A stretch of DNA of 64,000 nucleotides from an uncultured Bacilli bacterium (lineage in GTDB: Bacteria > Bacillota_I > Bacilli_A > RF39 > UBA660): contig CAKPFG010000002.1 of NCBI GenBank assembly GCA_934153675.1, forward strand, positions 107,748-171,747, written 5' to 3'. A program made the translations under genes and the position numbers. Of this stretch, positions 20,901 to 30,483 are shown one piece after another. The first letter of the stretch is position 1, and every line of letters begins with the position of its first letter. The notes under the pieces are model-generated. The model ran no database searches, had not been told where the DNA came from, and saw only the letters and a list, made by a program, of their open reading frames with translations.

Positions 20901-21231
20901 AAATGAATTTGAGGATAGATTTGGTAAATTAGATGAAAAAATTATAATTTATATGCATGAGCAGCTATTTGAACATTTAGCCCATAATTTAGGAATAACC
21001 AAAGTAAAACAAACAAAGAATAATATTTCAATAATTTTACCTAAAAAATATAATAAAATAATAGATGGAGATAAATTGTTTATTGACGTAATAAAGTTAA
21101 ATAAAAATTTTCGTTTTTCTATGAAATTAGGATCTATTATAATAGAACTTGCAATAAATAAATTAGAAAAACATTATATATATTATTTAATAGAATTATT
21201 GCAAATAATAAAAAAAGATATAAAAAGTTAG
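17962..21231 (+). CDS. mfd: transcription-repair coupling factor
   Basis: 1089 aa, CarD-like domain, helicase motifs GDVGYGKTEVA, DEEQRFG, TLSATPIPRTL, QLYQIRGRVGRS. Confidence 0.95.
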   Translation: MFFIDENMDFNKTYINGLTVELKGYYLYNLYKKKNDSVLFVTSNLYDANKIYQIVLNYTDKVLFFPMDDFLTSEALAISPEFLSYRLDSLSKIIYEKYIVITNLMGYLRFLPKRNIYEKNIIKLKIGNYYSIKQLANQLSLCGYERVTVVNQSGQMAIRGFVLDVYPFQRANPIRIEFFDDEIEKISEFNVNSQLRFKYLNEVLIFPNTEFITNKSNDDEKKHYYLDTYKEAESLYDFIKSPIVCFNDYNEILNSYNLLQEEINTYKKENNIKENIKYMYCFDDIKYQKFLYFDTFSTNSEEFIDYKSKSINNFIQEKDLFWFLNKSIKDNYTIIICLNNVMIKRKILDKLKDFSVVDTNIDNIFKNKINIIIKKMTSGYQFGKYIIITEKELFNKKDIDYVYKSKFRMGSKIRDITKLHKGDFVVHIIHGIGIYMGIKTLPKNGTQRDYIWLSYKDGDNLYVPVEKLDFITKYSSNDGFVPKLNKLGSTEWEKTKIRVQKKVKSMAMDLLKLYTLRQASKGFAFSKDTSEQLIFESEFPYKETSDQLKVIDEIKNDMESIKPMDRLLCGDVGYGKTEVAFRAIFKAIMNNKQVAILCPTTLLSSQHYSNALERFKSFPVSIALLNRFVPSAKQKNILKDLKEGKIDLLIGTHRILGDDVIFKRLGLLIIDEEQRFGVRHKEKIKTYKNNIDVLTLSATPIPRTLQMAVSGIRSLSLIETPPIDRFPIQTYVLEENFSIIKDAINKEIARQGQVFILYNKIEDMEEKKQNINNLVPNAKIACVNGKMDKNKIEKIMYDFQNLKYDVLLCTTIIETGIDIPSVNTLIVIAADHFGLSQLYQIRGRVGRSNKIAYCFLMYNKGKILSDIAKKRLSVIKDFTELGSGFAIAMRDLSIRGAGNILGGEQSGFVDSIGIDMFLNMLNDEVKILKGETVINDTCEQPLIEVSNNISSDYVEEEDLKIEIHKKINSIDSIKSLENLKNEFEDRFGKLDEKIIIYMHEQLFEHLAHNLGITKVKQTKNNISIILPKKYNKIIDGDKLFIDVIKLNKNFRFSMKLGSIIIELAINKLEKHYIYYLIELLQIIKKDIKS

Positions 21232-21284
21232 TTTATAGAATAAAAATTTTATTCTCCTCCAAAATATATTTAGAAGGAGATAAA

Positions 21285-21815
21285 ATGAAACAAACAGGAA
21301 TTATTAGAAGAATTGATGAATTAGGTCGTATTGTAATTCCCAAAGAAATTAGAAATAATTTACGATTAAGAAGTGGTGAAAATTTAGAAATTTATTTTAA
21401 TGATGATAGCATTATAATGAAAAAATTTTCTATGATAAAAAGAATGTCTGATTTAGCTCAGGAATTGACTGATGCTATTTATACATTTTTAAAAGGTAAT
21501 ATATTAATTACAGATTTACACACAGTTATTGCTTGTACTGGTTCTTTTAAAAAAGAAATTATAAACAAAAATATAAGTAATTATTTAATTGAAAAAATAG
21601 AAAAAAGGGAAAAAATGTTTGAGGGTCATAAAAAAATAATAGAAATTGTTGAAAATAAAGAATATGAATGCAGTTATTTGACTAATCCTATTCTAAAAAA
21701 TGGGGAGGTAATAGGATTAATTGTTATATTTTCTACAGAAGAGAAATTAACTTTTGATAAATTAAGTATAATTGAAATAGTATCCTCGTTTATATCCAAG
21801 TATCTTGAAGAATAA
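21285..21815 (+). CDS. spoVT: stage V sporulation protein T (AbrB-family regulator)
   Basis: SpoVT/AbrB swapped-hairpin N-terminus TGIIRRIDELGRIVIPKEIRNNLRL plus ~120-aa GAF-like C-domain. Lies directly after mfd as in B. subtilis. Confidence 0.85.
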   Translation: MKQTGIIRRIDELGRIVIPKEIRNNLRLRSGENLEIYFNDDSIIMKKFSMIKRMSDLAQELTDAIYTFLKGNILITDLHTVIACTGSFKKEIINKNISNYLIEKIEKREKMFEGHKKIIEIVENKEYECSYLTNPILKNGEVIGLIVIFSTEEKLTFDKLSIIEIVSSFISKYLEE

Positions 21816-21895
21816 AAATTTATATGCTATAATAAGCTCGATTGAGTGAATTAATGATTACAAAATACTGTGATTATTTTTAAAATAGGAGGAAT

Positions 21896-23437
21896 ATGAA
21901 AGATAAATTTTATATATCAACGGCGATTACTTATACGTCATCAAAACCTCATATCGGCAATACATATGAAATAGTATTAGCAGATTCTATAGCTAGATAT
22001 AAACGTTTACAGGGATATGATGTTTATTTTCAAACAGGAACAGATGAACATGGACAAAAAATAGAGTTAAAAGCAAAAGCATCAGCAATGAATCCACAGG
22101 AATATGTGGATAAAGTTTCTTTAGAAGTTAAGCAAATATGGGATATAATGAATACAAGTTATGATAAATTTGTACGAACTTCTAACCCAAATCATAAAAA
22201 GGTGGTTCAAAAAATTTTCAAAAAGTTATATGATCAAGGTGATATTTATAAAGGAAAATATGAAGGATTGTATTGTACACCTTGTGAATCATTTTTTACG
22301 CATTCTCAACTTATAGATGGCAAATGTCCAGATTGTGGGAGGGAAGTAACAAACGAAAGTGAAGAAGCTTATTTTTTCAAATTAAGTAATTATTCTACCA
22401 AATTAATTAAATATATAGAAAACCATCCTGATTTTATTCAACCAGAAAGCAGAAAAAATGAAATGCTAAATAATTTTTTGCGTCCAGGTTTACAAGACCT
22501 TTGTGTTTCTAGGTCATCATTTGATTGGGGGATTCCTGTTAGTTTTGACAGTAAACATGTTATTTATGTATGGATAGATGCATTAAGTAATTATATTACC
22601 TTTTTAGGTTATGATCCTGATGGAATGAGTGATAAATTTAATAAATATTGGCCTTGTGATATACATTTAATAGGTAAGGATATATTAAGATTTCATACTA
22701 TTTATTGGCCGATTTTACTTATGGCGTTAGATTTACCAATGCCAAAGAAAATATTTGGTCATCCTTGGATGCTTATGGGAAATACAAAAATGAGTAAATC
22801 TAGGGGTAATATAGTTTATGCTGATGTCCTTGTTAAAAAGTATGGTGTAGATGCTGTTAGATATTATATGTTGCATGAAATGCCTTTTTCGAGTGATGGA
22901 ACATTTACAGATGAACTACTTATTGAACGTTATAATTCTGATTTAGCCAATATTTTAGGTAATTTAGTTAATAGAACTATGGTAATGGCAAAAAAATATT
23001 TTGAAGGTATTGTAAGGGAACCAGAATTAGTAGAGGATGTAGATGAAGATTTAAAAAACACTGTGTTATCAGCAAAAGAAAAAGTGGAAAAGAATATGAA
23101 TAGTTTACATATTGCATTAGCAATAGATGATGTTTTTGAAATATTTAGACGTAGTAATAAATACATAGATGAAACCACTCCTTGGATTTTGGCTCGCGAA
23201 GGTAATGTTTCTCGTTTAAAAACTGTTATTTATAATTTATTGGAATCTATTCGTATTGGAGCTGTATTATTACAACCATTTTTGCCTGATACTGCTGATT
23301 GTATATTTAAACAATTAAATACAGAAAATCGAAGTTATGATTCAATAAATAATTTTAAAGGCCTTGATTATGGAATTAAATTGAATGAACCTCATTTATT
23401 GTTTGAAAAAATAGATAAAGTGTCAACTAACGTGTAA
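21896..23437 (+). CDS. metG: methionine--tRNA ligase (short form)
   Basis: HIGN (class I HIGH) motif, zinc knuckles CTPCE / CPDCG, KMSKS motif. Confidence 0.95.
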   Translation: MKDKFYISTAITYTSSKPHIGNTYEIVLADSIARYKRLQGYDVYFQTGTDEHGQKIELKAKASAMNPQEYVDKVSLEVKQIWDIMNTSYDKFVRTSNPNHKKVVQKIFKKLYDQGDIYKGKYEGLYCTPCESFFTHSQLIDGKCPDCGREVTNESEEAYFFKLSNYSTKLIKYIENHPDFIQPESRKNEMLNNFLRPGLQDLCVSRSSFDWGIPVSFDSKHVIYVWIDALSNYITFLGYDPDGMSDKFNKYWPCDIHLIGKDILRFHTIYWPILLMALDLPMPKKIFGHPWMLMGNTKMSKSRGNIVYADVLVKKYGVDAVRYYMLHEMPFSSDGTFTDELLIERYNSDLANILGNLVNRTMVMAKKYFEGIVREPELVEDVDEDLKNTVLSAKEKVEKNMNSLHIALAIDDVFEIFRRSNKYIDETTPWILAREGNVSRLKTVIYNLLESIRIGAVLLQPFLPDTADCIFKQLNTENRSYDSINNFKGLDYGIKLNEPHLLFEKIDKVSTNV

Positions 23438-23526
23438 AATGTAATAAAAAGTCGATTAAAAAAGATAATTTTTGCTTTATCTTTTTTTCTTATTATGTTA
23501 TCCTTAACAAGGATAAGGAGAAGAGT

Positions 23527-23700
23527 ATGACAACAGAAGAAATTTGTGGAAAGTTAATGACTCTTTTATTAGTTGCTGTAACTTTCTGTATATTAGGTAG
23601 TTTTGTTGTTAGTTTGGATGTAGTAGATTTTATATATTTAATAGTGTTATATACATATATATATTTGTGTTATAGTACTCAAAAATCACACAAAAAATAA
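23527..23700 (+). CDS. hypothetical small membrane protein (57 aa)
   Basis: Hand-found ORF MTTEEICGKLMTLLLVAVTFCILGSFVVSLDVVDFIYLIVLYTYIYLCYSTQKSHKK*. AAGGAGAAG SD 4 nt upstream. Two hydrophobic segments. Below the track cut-off. Confidence 0.35.
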   Translation: MTTEEICGKLMTLLLVAVTFCILGSFVVSLDVVDFIYLIVLYTYIYLCYSTQKSHKK

Positions 23701-23738
23701 ATTATACTCTTTTTGTATAATTTTTTTATGGAGGAATT

Positions 23739-24473
23739 ATGATAGATACGCATTGTCATTTAGATAATTTAGAAAACATAGATGAAATAGTAAATACATT
23801 TGATGGAATAATTATTACTAGTGGATATGATGATAAATCTAATTTAAAGGTATTAGAACTTGTTAGTAAGTATAAAAATGTATATGGAACTTTGGGTATT
23901 CATCCTGAAGAAGCTTCTGATGAATATAATTTAAATATAATTGAATCAAATTTATTAAATCCTAAAATAGTTGCTATCGGTGAAATAGGTCTTGATTATC
24001 ATTATATTAAGGATAACAAGATTAAACAACAGCAACTATTTATGAAACAATTAGATTTAGCTACAAAATATTCCCTTCCAGTGATTGTTCATAGTAGAGA
24101 TTCTATATCTGATACGTATAATATATTAAGTAAATATAAATTAAAAGGTTCTATTCATTGTTTTTCATCAAGTATAGAAATGGCCCAATCTTTTATTAAA
24201 TTAGGATATAAAATAGGGGTTGGTGGTGTTATAACTTTTAAAAATGCCAAAAAATTAGTGAATGTAATAAATAAAATTGATATAAAAGATATTTTAATAG
24301 AAACAGATAGCCCTTATCTAAGTCCAGAACCATATAGAGGAAAAATTAATAAACCTCATAACGTATATTATGTTTCTAAAAAAATATCTGAAATAAAAAA
24401 TATTGAAATAAAAGATGTTATAAATATTACTAATCAAAATGCTAAAAATTTATTTAATATTCCAGTTATTTGA
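23739..24473 (+). CDS. tatD: TatD-family metal-dependent DNase/hydrolase
   Basis: MIDTHCHLD..., GEIGLDY, VIVHSRD, ETDSPYL. Confidence 0.9.
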   Translation: MIDTHCHLDNLENIDEIVNTFDGIIITSGYDDKSNLKVLELVSKYKNVYGTLGIHPEEASDEYNLNIIESNLLNPKIVAIGEIGLDYHYIKDNKIKQQQLFMKQLDLATKYSLPVIVHSRDSISDTYNILSKYKLKGSIHCFSSSIEMAQSFIKLGYKIGVGGVITFKNAKKLVNVINKIDIKDILIETDSPYLSPEPYRGKINKPHNVYYVSKKISEIKNIEIKDVINITNQNAKNLFNIPVI

Positions 24474-24531
24474 CGAGATATTAAAAATATGTTACAATTG
24501 CAATGTCATGTGAATGACTTTGAGGTGAAAA

Positions 24532-25173
24532 ATGAACATAAAAAAGATGTCGTTATTAGTGTCATCAGGTTTAGTCTTTTTTTTAATTGTGGGCGTTATT
24601 ATAAATACTATATCATTAAATAAAAAAAGATTAGCTGAAAAGGTAATAACTACTATAAAACATCAGATAAGCCCTGATAGTATGGTATCTTCTTATAACT
24701 ATATTGAAATAAAAAAAGAAGTAATAGAAAATAAAAAAAATACTATTAAAGTTGAAGATGATGTAGATACTAATAATGGAGATGATAATGTCTTATATGT
24801 TGGTAAAATGACTGGATATGGAGCAGATTGTAAGGGATGTAGTGGTTTGGGTAGTTTATCGTGCAAAACGTTAGATGGTAGTAAACATTCCCTTAGCGTA
24901 GATGGAGAGTATTATTATGATAATACTTATGGCAATGTCAGAATAGTAGCAGCAGATTTAGGAAAATTTCCCTGTGGAACAATAGTTAAAATTGATCATT
25001 CTAACTTAGGTTCTTTTTATGCTGTTGTTTTAGATACTGGTAGTAGTGTTCAAAATGCATGGCAAAATGGTCTTGTTTGGATGGATTTAGCTTTTAAAAC
25101 AGAACAAGATCCAAATATTTATTCATCTACAAGCAATAGTACTACTTATACTGTACAAAGATGGGGATGGTAG
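24532..25173 (+). CDS. membrane-anchored 3D (RlpA-like double-psi beta-barrel) domain protein, YabE-like
   Basis: N-terminal TM. C-terminal ...GKMTGYGADCKGCSG...VAADLGKFPCGTIVKI...AVVLDTGS resembles 3D-domain cell-wall proteins. Follows tatD as yabE does in B. subtilis. Confidence 0.55.
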   Translation: MNIKKMSLLVSSGLVFFLIVGVIINTISLNKKRLAEKVITTIKHQISPDSMVSSYNYIEIKKEVIENKKNTIKVEDDVDTNNGDDNVLYVGKMTGYGADCKGCSGLGSLSCKTLDGSKHSLSVDGEYYYDNTYGNVRIVAADLGKFPCGTIVKIDHSNLGSFYAVVLDTGSSVQNAWQNGLVWMDLAFKTEQDPNIYSSTSNSTTYTVQRWGW

Positions 25174-25197
25174 ACCCCTTTTTTAATGGGAGGATTT

Positions 25198-26043
25198 ATG
25201 AAATATTCACAAAAAGACATGTTAAATATACTTAATACATATAATTTTAAATTTAAGAAAAAATATGGACAAAACTTTATTATTGATGTTAATATTATTA
25301 ATAATATTGTGAATAAATCAGAAATAGATAATTCTACTTTAGTAATAGAAATTGGTCCTGGAGCGGGATCACTAACATATAAATTAGTAAATAAAGCCAA
25401 ATTTGTTTTGTGTTATGAAATAGATAAAAGTGTAGATAAAATATTAAAAAGTAATCTTTCTTCTTATAATAATTATAAGATAATTTATGATGACTTTTTG
25501 AAAAGAAATATTCAAGATGATATAAAAAATTACAAATACGATAAATTATATGTTGTTGCTAATTTACCATATTATATAACAACACCAATAATAACTAAAA
25601 TTGTAGAAAATAAAATTGATGTAAATAAAATGATTATTATGGTACAAAAAGAAGTTGGAGAAAGATTTAAAGCAACAAGTGGTAAAGATTACAATTCATT
25701 ATCTATATATTTAAATTATTATTTTAATATATCTAAAATAATGGATGTAAGTAGGAATGTGTTTATGCCTAAACCAAATGTTGACAGTATAGTTATTAGT
25801 TTGGAAAAAAAAGCAGTTAAATTGAATGTAAAGGATGAGAAATTATTTTTCAAATTAGTTCGTGATAGTTTCAGACAAAAAAGGAAAATGTTAAAAAATA
25901 ATTTAAAAATGTACAATTTAGAAGTTATAAACAAAGTTTTGCACAAAAATGGGTATAATTTGAATAATAGAGCAGAGCAAATTCCTGCAAATATTTTTGT
26001 TGAAATAGCAAATGAACTATATAATTCACAAAAATGTGCATAA
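25198..26043 (+). CDS. rsmA: 16S rRNA (adenine1518/1519-N6)-dimethyltransferase
   Basis: KKKYGQNFI, EIGPGAGSLT, ANLPYYITTPI. Confidence 0.93.
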   Translation: MKYSQKDMLNILNTYNFKFKKKYGQNFIIDVNIINNIVNKSEIDNSTLVIEIGPGAGSLTYKLVNKAKFVLCYEIDKSVDKILKSNLSSYNNYKIIYDDFLKRNIQDDIKNYKYDKLYVVANLPYYITTPIITKIVENKIDVNKMIIMVQKEVGERFKATSGKDYNSLSIYLNYYFNISKIMDVSRNVFMPKPNVDSIVISLEKKAVKLNVKDEKLFFKLVRDSFRQKRKMLKNNLKMYNLEVINKVLHKNGYNLNNRAEQIPANIFVEIANELYNSQKCA

Positions 26044-26092
26044 CTGTGTATAAAACTTTAAAATAGGTACAATATTAAGTAGGAGGAATTCT

Positions 26093-26617
26093 ATGAAATA
26101 TGTACCTTATTTTATTATAGTAATAATTTTATATGTGGTAATAGGCCAAATGTTTTCTAATAATTTTAAAATTCCAGAAGAATCAATAAGAGTTAGAGTA
26201 ATTGCTAATAGTAATTCAGAATATGACCAAAATATAAAAATGAAGGTTAAAGATATAGTTTCGAATGATATGAGCAAATTATTAAAGAATACTAAAAATA
26301 TAACTGATGCTAGAAATATAATAAATAATAATATTAATTATTTAGATAATGATATATATAAGTATTTATCGAGGATAGATTATAGCTTGGATTATAAAAT
26401 AAATTTTGGTTATAATTATTTTCCTAAAAAGGTGTATAAAGGTATTGAATATAATGAAGGTATGTATGAATCATTAGTAGTAACATTGGGTGAAGGCAAA
26501 GGTAATAATTGGTGGTGTGTATTATTTCCACCGGTATGTATGATAGAAGCAGAAGAAAGCACGGACTTAGAATATACAACATTAGTTAAGGAAATGATTA
26601 ATAAATATTTTAAATAA
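26093..26617 (+). CDS. spoIIR: stage II sporulation protein R
   Basis: Signal anchor, then IRVRVIANSNSEYDQNIKMKVKDIV... and NWWCVLFPPVCM, both hallmark SpoIIR motifs. Confidence 0.8.
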   Translation: MKYVPYFIIVIILYVVIGQMFSNNFKIPEESIRVRVIANSNSEYDQNIKMKVKDIVSNDMSKLLKNTKNITDARNIINNNINYLDNDIYKYLSRIDYSLDYKINFGYNYFPKKVYKGIEYNEGMYESLVVTLGEGKGNNWWCVLFPPVCMIEAEESTDLEYTTLVKEMINKYFK

Positions 26618-26645
26618 AAATTCATAACATTAAGTAGGTGATAAT

Positions 26646-27176
26646 ATGAGTTTTTTTATATTAATAACGATTGCAATAAGTCTTAGTATGGATGCTTTTA
26701 GTCTATCACTTGCTTATGGTACTTTGGATATAGAAAAAAAAGACATATTTCTACTTTCTATAATAGTTGGTATATATCATTTTATTATGCCTAATTTAGG
26801 GTTTATATTAGGTAAAAATATATTAAGATATATTCCTGTTACAAGTGATTTTATTGTTTTTATTATTTTAATAGTAATAGGTATAGAAATGATTATCGAT
26901 ACTATAAAAAAAGAAAGTAATTTAACAAAAATGCCTTTATATCAAATGCTCATATTTGGTTTTATGGTAAGTATAGATAGTTTTTCTATTGGTTTAGGAT
27001 TAGAGAGTCTATGTAAAAATATTATTGTATCATCAATAATTTTTTCTATTACTAGTTTATTATTTACAATGTTAGGCCTTTTCGTAGGTAAAAAAATTAA
27101 TCAATTATTTGGTAAAATATCTACTTTAATAGGTGGCAGTATATTAATTTTAATAGCTTTTATATATATTATTTAA
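26646..27176 (+). CDS. MntP/YtaF-family (DUF204) membrane protein
   Basis: Six TM segments with duplicated S(M/I)D(A/S)FS(L/I) motif (LSMDAFSLSL, VSIDSFSIGL). Confidence 0.7.
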   Translation: MSFFILITIAISLSMDAFSLSLAYGTLDIEKKDIFLLSIIVGIYHFIMPNLGFILGKNILRYIPVTSDFIVFIILIVIGIEMIIDTIKKESNLTKMPLYQMLIFGFMVSIDSFSIGLGLESLCKNIIVSSIIFSITSLLFTMLGLFVGKKINQLFGKISTLIGGSILILIAFIYII

Positions 27177-27244
27177 TTAAATTTAATGTCAAAATTTGTA
27201 AACAATAATATGAAAATAGATTAAGCTTTTTTCAGTAGTAGAAG

Positions 27245-27480
27245 AAGAATATAAAGTAGGAAATATGAAAAATATAAATGAAGTAACATATAATGGCATT
27301 AATTTTTACGTTATAGAAAATAGTGATGAGAATAGTATTTTGTAACACTGTTAAAAAAAGACCATTCACAGTAGATGAAATAAATATGAAGAAACATGAC
27401 TATTGTTAATATGTATATAGAAGATTCAGTAAGGCTAGCATATAATGAAAATAACACAGTTAGATAAAAAATTGGTATAT
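27245..27480 (+). pseudogene. decayed fragment of a paralog of the pilin-like gene at 38819..40084
   Basis: 27285..27336 matches 39472..39523 with 2 mismatches in 52 nt (by eye). Weaker similarity with indels and in-frame stops extends on both sides. No intact ORF. Confidence 0.7.
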
Positions 27481-27702
27481 ATAGATTCCAATTTTTTAGT
27501 TATAGTTAATGTTATATATATAAGTTATAAATATTTAATATCTTGTTGAATTCTAAGTAAAGTGCACAATTAAGTGTGAAGTAATAAAAATTATGTATTT
27601 TCAATAAAAATCTACAATATTTAATATCTTTGTAATATCTTATTTAAAAATGTTTCAAACCTAATAAAAAAATGTTATAATGCTTATGAGGAGATAGTAA
27701 TT

Positions 27703-28551
27703 ATGTTAGTAAATATGAAAAAAATGTTAGTGGATGCTAAAAATGGGAAGTATGCAATACCACATATTAATATAAATAATTTAGAATGGACAAGATATGT
27801 GCTTGAGGAATCACAAAAATTAGAAACTCCTATAATACTTGGAGTTAGCGAGGGTGCCATGAAGTATATGGGTGGATTTAAAACTGTAAAAGATATGGTG
27901 GTTGATTTAATGGAATATTTAAATATCACAGTTCCAGTTGCACTTCATTTAGATCATGGTAGTAGCTTTGAAATTTGTAAAGAAGCTATAGATTGTGGTT
28001 TTACTTCTGTTATGATTGATGCTTCAAAGTATGGATTAGAAGATAATATTCGCATAACTAAAGAAGTTGTTCTTTATGCTAAACAACGAAATGTTACAGT
28101 AGAAGCTGAAATCGGTAGAGTTGGTGGTCAGGAAGATGAAGTCAATGATGGTATAGTTTATGCTGATGTTTTTGAAAGTGTAAAATTTACTAAAGAAACG
28201 GGAATTGATTTTTTAGCCCCTGCTTTAGGAAGCGTTCATGGATTATATAAAGGAAAACCAAAATTAGATTTTTCTCGCATGAGTGAAATTAGTGAATTAA
28301 CCTCTTTACCTTTGGTTTTACATGGCGGTAGTGGTATATATGATGAACAAATAAAAAAAGCTATAAATTGCGGAATAACTAAGATAAATTTTAATACTGA
28401 ATTACAAATAGCTTGGAGTAATGCTTTGAGAGAAAAGATAAAAATTAGTGATGCTTATGATCCAAGAAAGATTATTAAATTTGGTGAAGAAGCCTTGAAG
28501 GAATGTTTAAAAAATAAATGTGCATTACTTGGAAGTATTAAAAAAGCATAA
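27703..28551 (+). CDS. fba: class II fructose-bisphosphate aldolase
   Basis: MKKMLVDAKNGKYAIPHININNLEW, HLDHG, LVLHGGSG. Confidence 0.93.
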   Translation: MLVNMKKMLVDAKNGKYAIPHININNLEWTRYVLEESQKLETPIILGVSEGAMKYMGGFKTVKDMVVDLMEYLNITVPVALHLDHGSSFEICKEAIDCGFTSVMIDASKYGLEDNIRITKEVVLYAKQRNVTVEAEIGRVGGQEDEVNDGIVYADVFESVKFTKETGIDFLAPALGSVHGLYKGKPKLDFSRMSEISELTSLPLVLHGGSGIYDEQIKKAINCGITKINFNTELQIAWSNALREKIKISDAYDPRKIIKFGEEALKECLKNKCALLGSIKKA

Positions 28552-28598
28552 CACGTTATTGGGCATTTAACATAAAATATATTAGTGTTGGAGGTAAT

Positions 28599-29855
28599 AT
28601 GAAACAAATAAGAATAACTGGTGGAAATAAATTGTCTGGTACAATAAAAATAAGTGGTGCTAAAAATAGTGCAGTTGCACTTATACCAGCTGCTATTTTA
28701 TGTGATGATAAAGCAACTATATTTAATGTTCCAAATATATCTGATATAGATGCTTTAAACGAAATTTTAGAATATCTTGGAGCTTCTGTTAAAAGAGATG
28801 GGGAAACTATGATAATAGATTCATCAACAATTGTTAATAAAGCAATTCCAAAGGGAATATCTAAAAAGTTAAGAGCTTCTTATTATTTTATGTCTTCATT
28901 ACTTGGTAAATATAAAAAGGTTGAAATGTATTTTCCAGGTGGTTGTTCAATTGGAGCACGTCCAATAGATCAAACATTAAAGGGTTTTCGTGCTCTTGGA
29001 GCTGAAGTTATAGAAGATGGTGATAAATATACAATATATGCATCAGAACTTCATGGGGGATATGTTTATTTAGATGTACCAAGTGTTGGAGCTACTATTA
29101 ATACAATTTTGGTAGCAGCTAAGGCCAACGGAACAACTATTATAGAAAATGCTGCAAAAGAGCCTGAAATTGTCAATGTTGCTACTTTTTTAAATAATAT
29201 GGGGGCTAAGATAACTGGTGCTGGTACTAGTCAAATTAAAATAGTGGGTGTTGAAAGATTACATAGTTGTATGCATGAGGTAATTCCAGATAGAATAGAA
29301 GCTGGAACATATATAATTGCAGGTGCTTTAATGGGAGAAAATTTAAAAATAAGTAATCTTATTTTAGATCATGTTGAGTCTTTAACATCTAAATTAATTG
29401 AAATAGGTGCAGAGATAGAAGAAGGTAATGATTATTTAATTATTTCTAGGGGGAATAATTATAAAAATACTAAAGTAAAAACTTTGGGATATCCTGGGTT
29501 TCCAACTGATTTACAGCAACCTATTACAACGTTATTAACACAGTGTAATGGGCTTAGTGAAGTTGAAGAAACTGTATATGAAAGAAGATTTCAAAATATT
29601 GAATTTTTGAATAAAATGGGTGCAGATATAAGAATATCTGATGATAAAGCATTTATAAATGGACCTAGTAATTTAAAAGGAAAAGAAGTTACTGCTACCG
29701 ATTTAAGAGCTGGGGCTTGTTTAGTATTAGCTGGTCTTGTTGCTGATGGTGTAACTAGTATAGATAACGTTGAACATATTTTAAGAGGTTATGAAAATAT
29801 AATTGAAAAATTAACAAATGTTGGGGCTAAAATTGAATTAGTTGACATACAATAG
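28599..29855 (+). CDS. murA: UDP-N-acetylglucosamine 1-carboxyvinyltransferase
   Basis: KLSGTIKISGAKNSAVALIPA, active-site PGGCSIGARPID, GFPTDLQ. Confidence 0.95.
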   Translation: MKQIRITGGNKLSGTIKISGAKNSAVALIPAAILCDDKATIFNVPNISDIDALNEILEYLGASVKRDGETMIIDSSTIVNKAIPKGISKKLRASYYFMSSLLGKYKKVEMYFPGGCSIGARPIDQTLKGFRALGAEVIEDGDKYTIYASELHGGYVYLDVPSVGATINTILVAAKANGTTIIENAAKEPEIVNVATFLNNMGAKITGAGTSQIKIVGVERLHSCMHEVIPDRIEAGTYIIAGALMGENLKISNLILDHVESLTSKLIEIGAEIEEGNDYLIISRGNNYKNTKVKTLGYPGFPTDLQQPITTLLTQCNGLSEVEETVYERRFQNIEFLNKMGADIRISDDKAFINGPSNLKGKEVTATDLRAGACLVLAGLVADGVTSIDNVEHILRGYENIIEKLTNVGAKIELVDIQ

Positions 29856-29889
29856 AAGTAGGTGTAAATCTACTTTTTTTGGTGATAAA

Positions 29890-30444
29890 ATGAAAAAAAT
29901 AATCTTTACTTTAGTTTGTATATTGACAATAATTTTAATATATTTTATGAAAAAAGATGGAAAAATAATGATTTTTGAAATTTCTGATGTTAATATTTCT
30001 AGCAAAAAGGTAATAAATTTGTTAAATCGAAAACAAAAATTAAATGATTATATTAAATATATTAATAATAAAAATTATACATTAATTGAACTTTTAAATG
30101 ATATAAATAATAATAAAAAAATAACAAATAAATATTATATAAATAGCTTATTTGTAAAAAGTAATTATATATTTTTAAATATTGGTAATAATGATATTAA
30201 GTATTATATTTCAAATGGAAAAAGTATGTATGACAATCTTGATAATTTTATTATTGATTATGAAAATATATTAAGAAAAATAAAAGAAGTAAGTAAGGAA
30301 CAAATAATTATTATTTTCGATTATGATTTGCAAGAAAAATATAATGATTATCTTTATAATAGGTTATCAAAATTTAAAAAAGAATATTCGGTTTTACTTT
30401 TTAGTAGAGAAGATTTATATAATTATCTAAAATATCTTTACTAA
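29890..30444 (+). CDS. hypothetical membrane-anchored protein
   Basis: N-terminal TM (IIFTLVCILTIILIYF), N/K/Y-rich body. LNIGNND faintly recalls SGNH block III, but no catalytic GDS block is seen. ATG 29890 preferred over the track start. Confidence 0.4.
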   Translation: MKKIIFTLVCILTIILIYFMKKDGKIMIFEISDVNISSKKVINLLNRKQKLNDYIKYINNKNYTLIELLNDINNNKKITNKYYINSLFVKSNYIFLNIGNNDIKYYISNGKSMYDNLDNFIIDYENILRKIKEVSKEQIIIIFDYDLQEKYNDYLYNRLSKFKKEYSVLLFSREDLYNYLKYLY

Positions 30445-30483
30445 AGGTTATTTTTATTATAAAATATTACTAGAGGTGATAAT

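Noticed and set aside
21816-21895. T-box or other riboswitch leader upstream of metG (also checked before tilS, typA, fba and rpmE).
   Set aside because: The spacers are only ~50-110 nt with no specifier/antiterminator architecture or conserved T-box sequence. They contain only plausible promoters and SD sequences.
27285-27336. The 27.3-kb / 39.5-kb repeat as a DGR template-repeat / variable-repeat pair.
   Set aside because: The mismatches are C/T and indels rather than adenine-specific. The repeat maps to the middle of the target gene, not the GC-rich 3' patch. The flanking similarity decays like a pseudogene, and no reverse transcriptase is adjacent.
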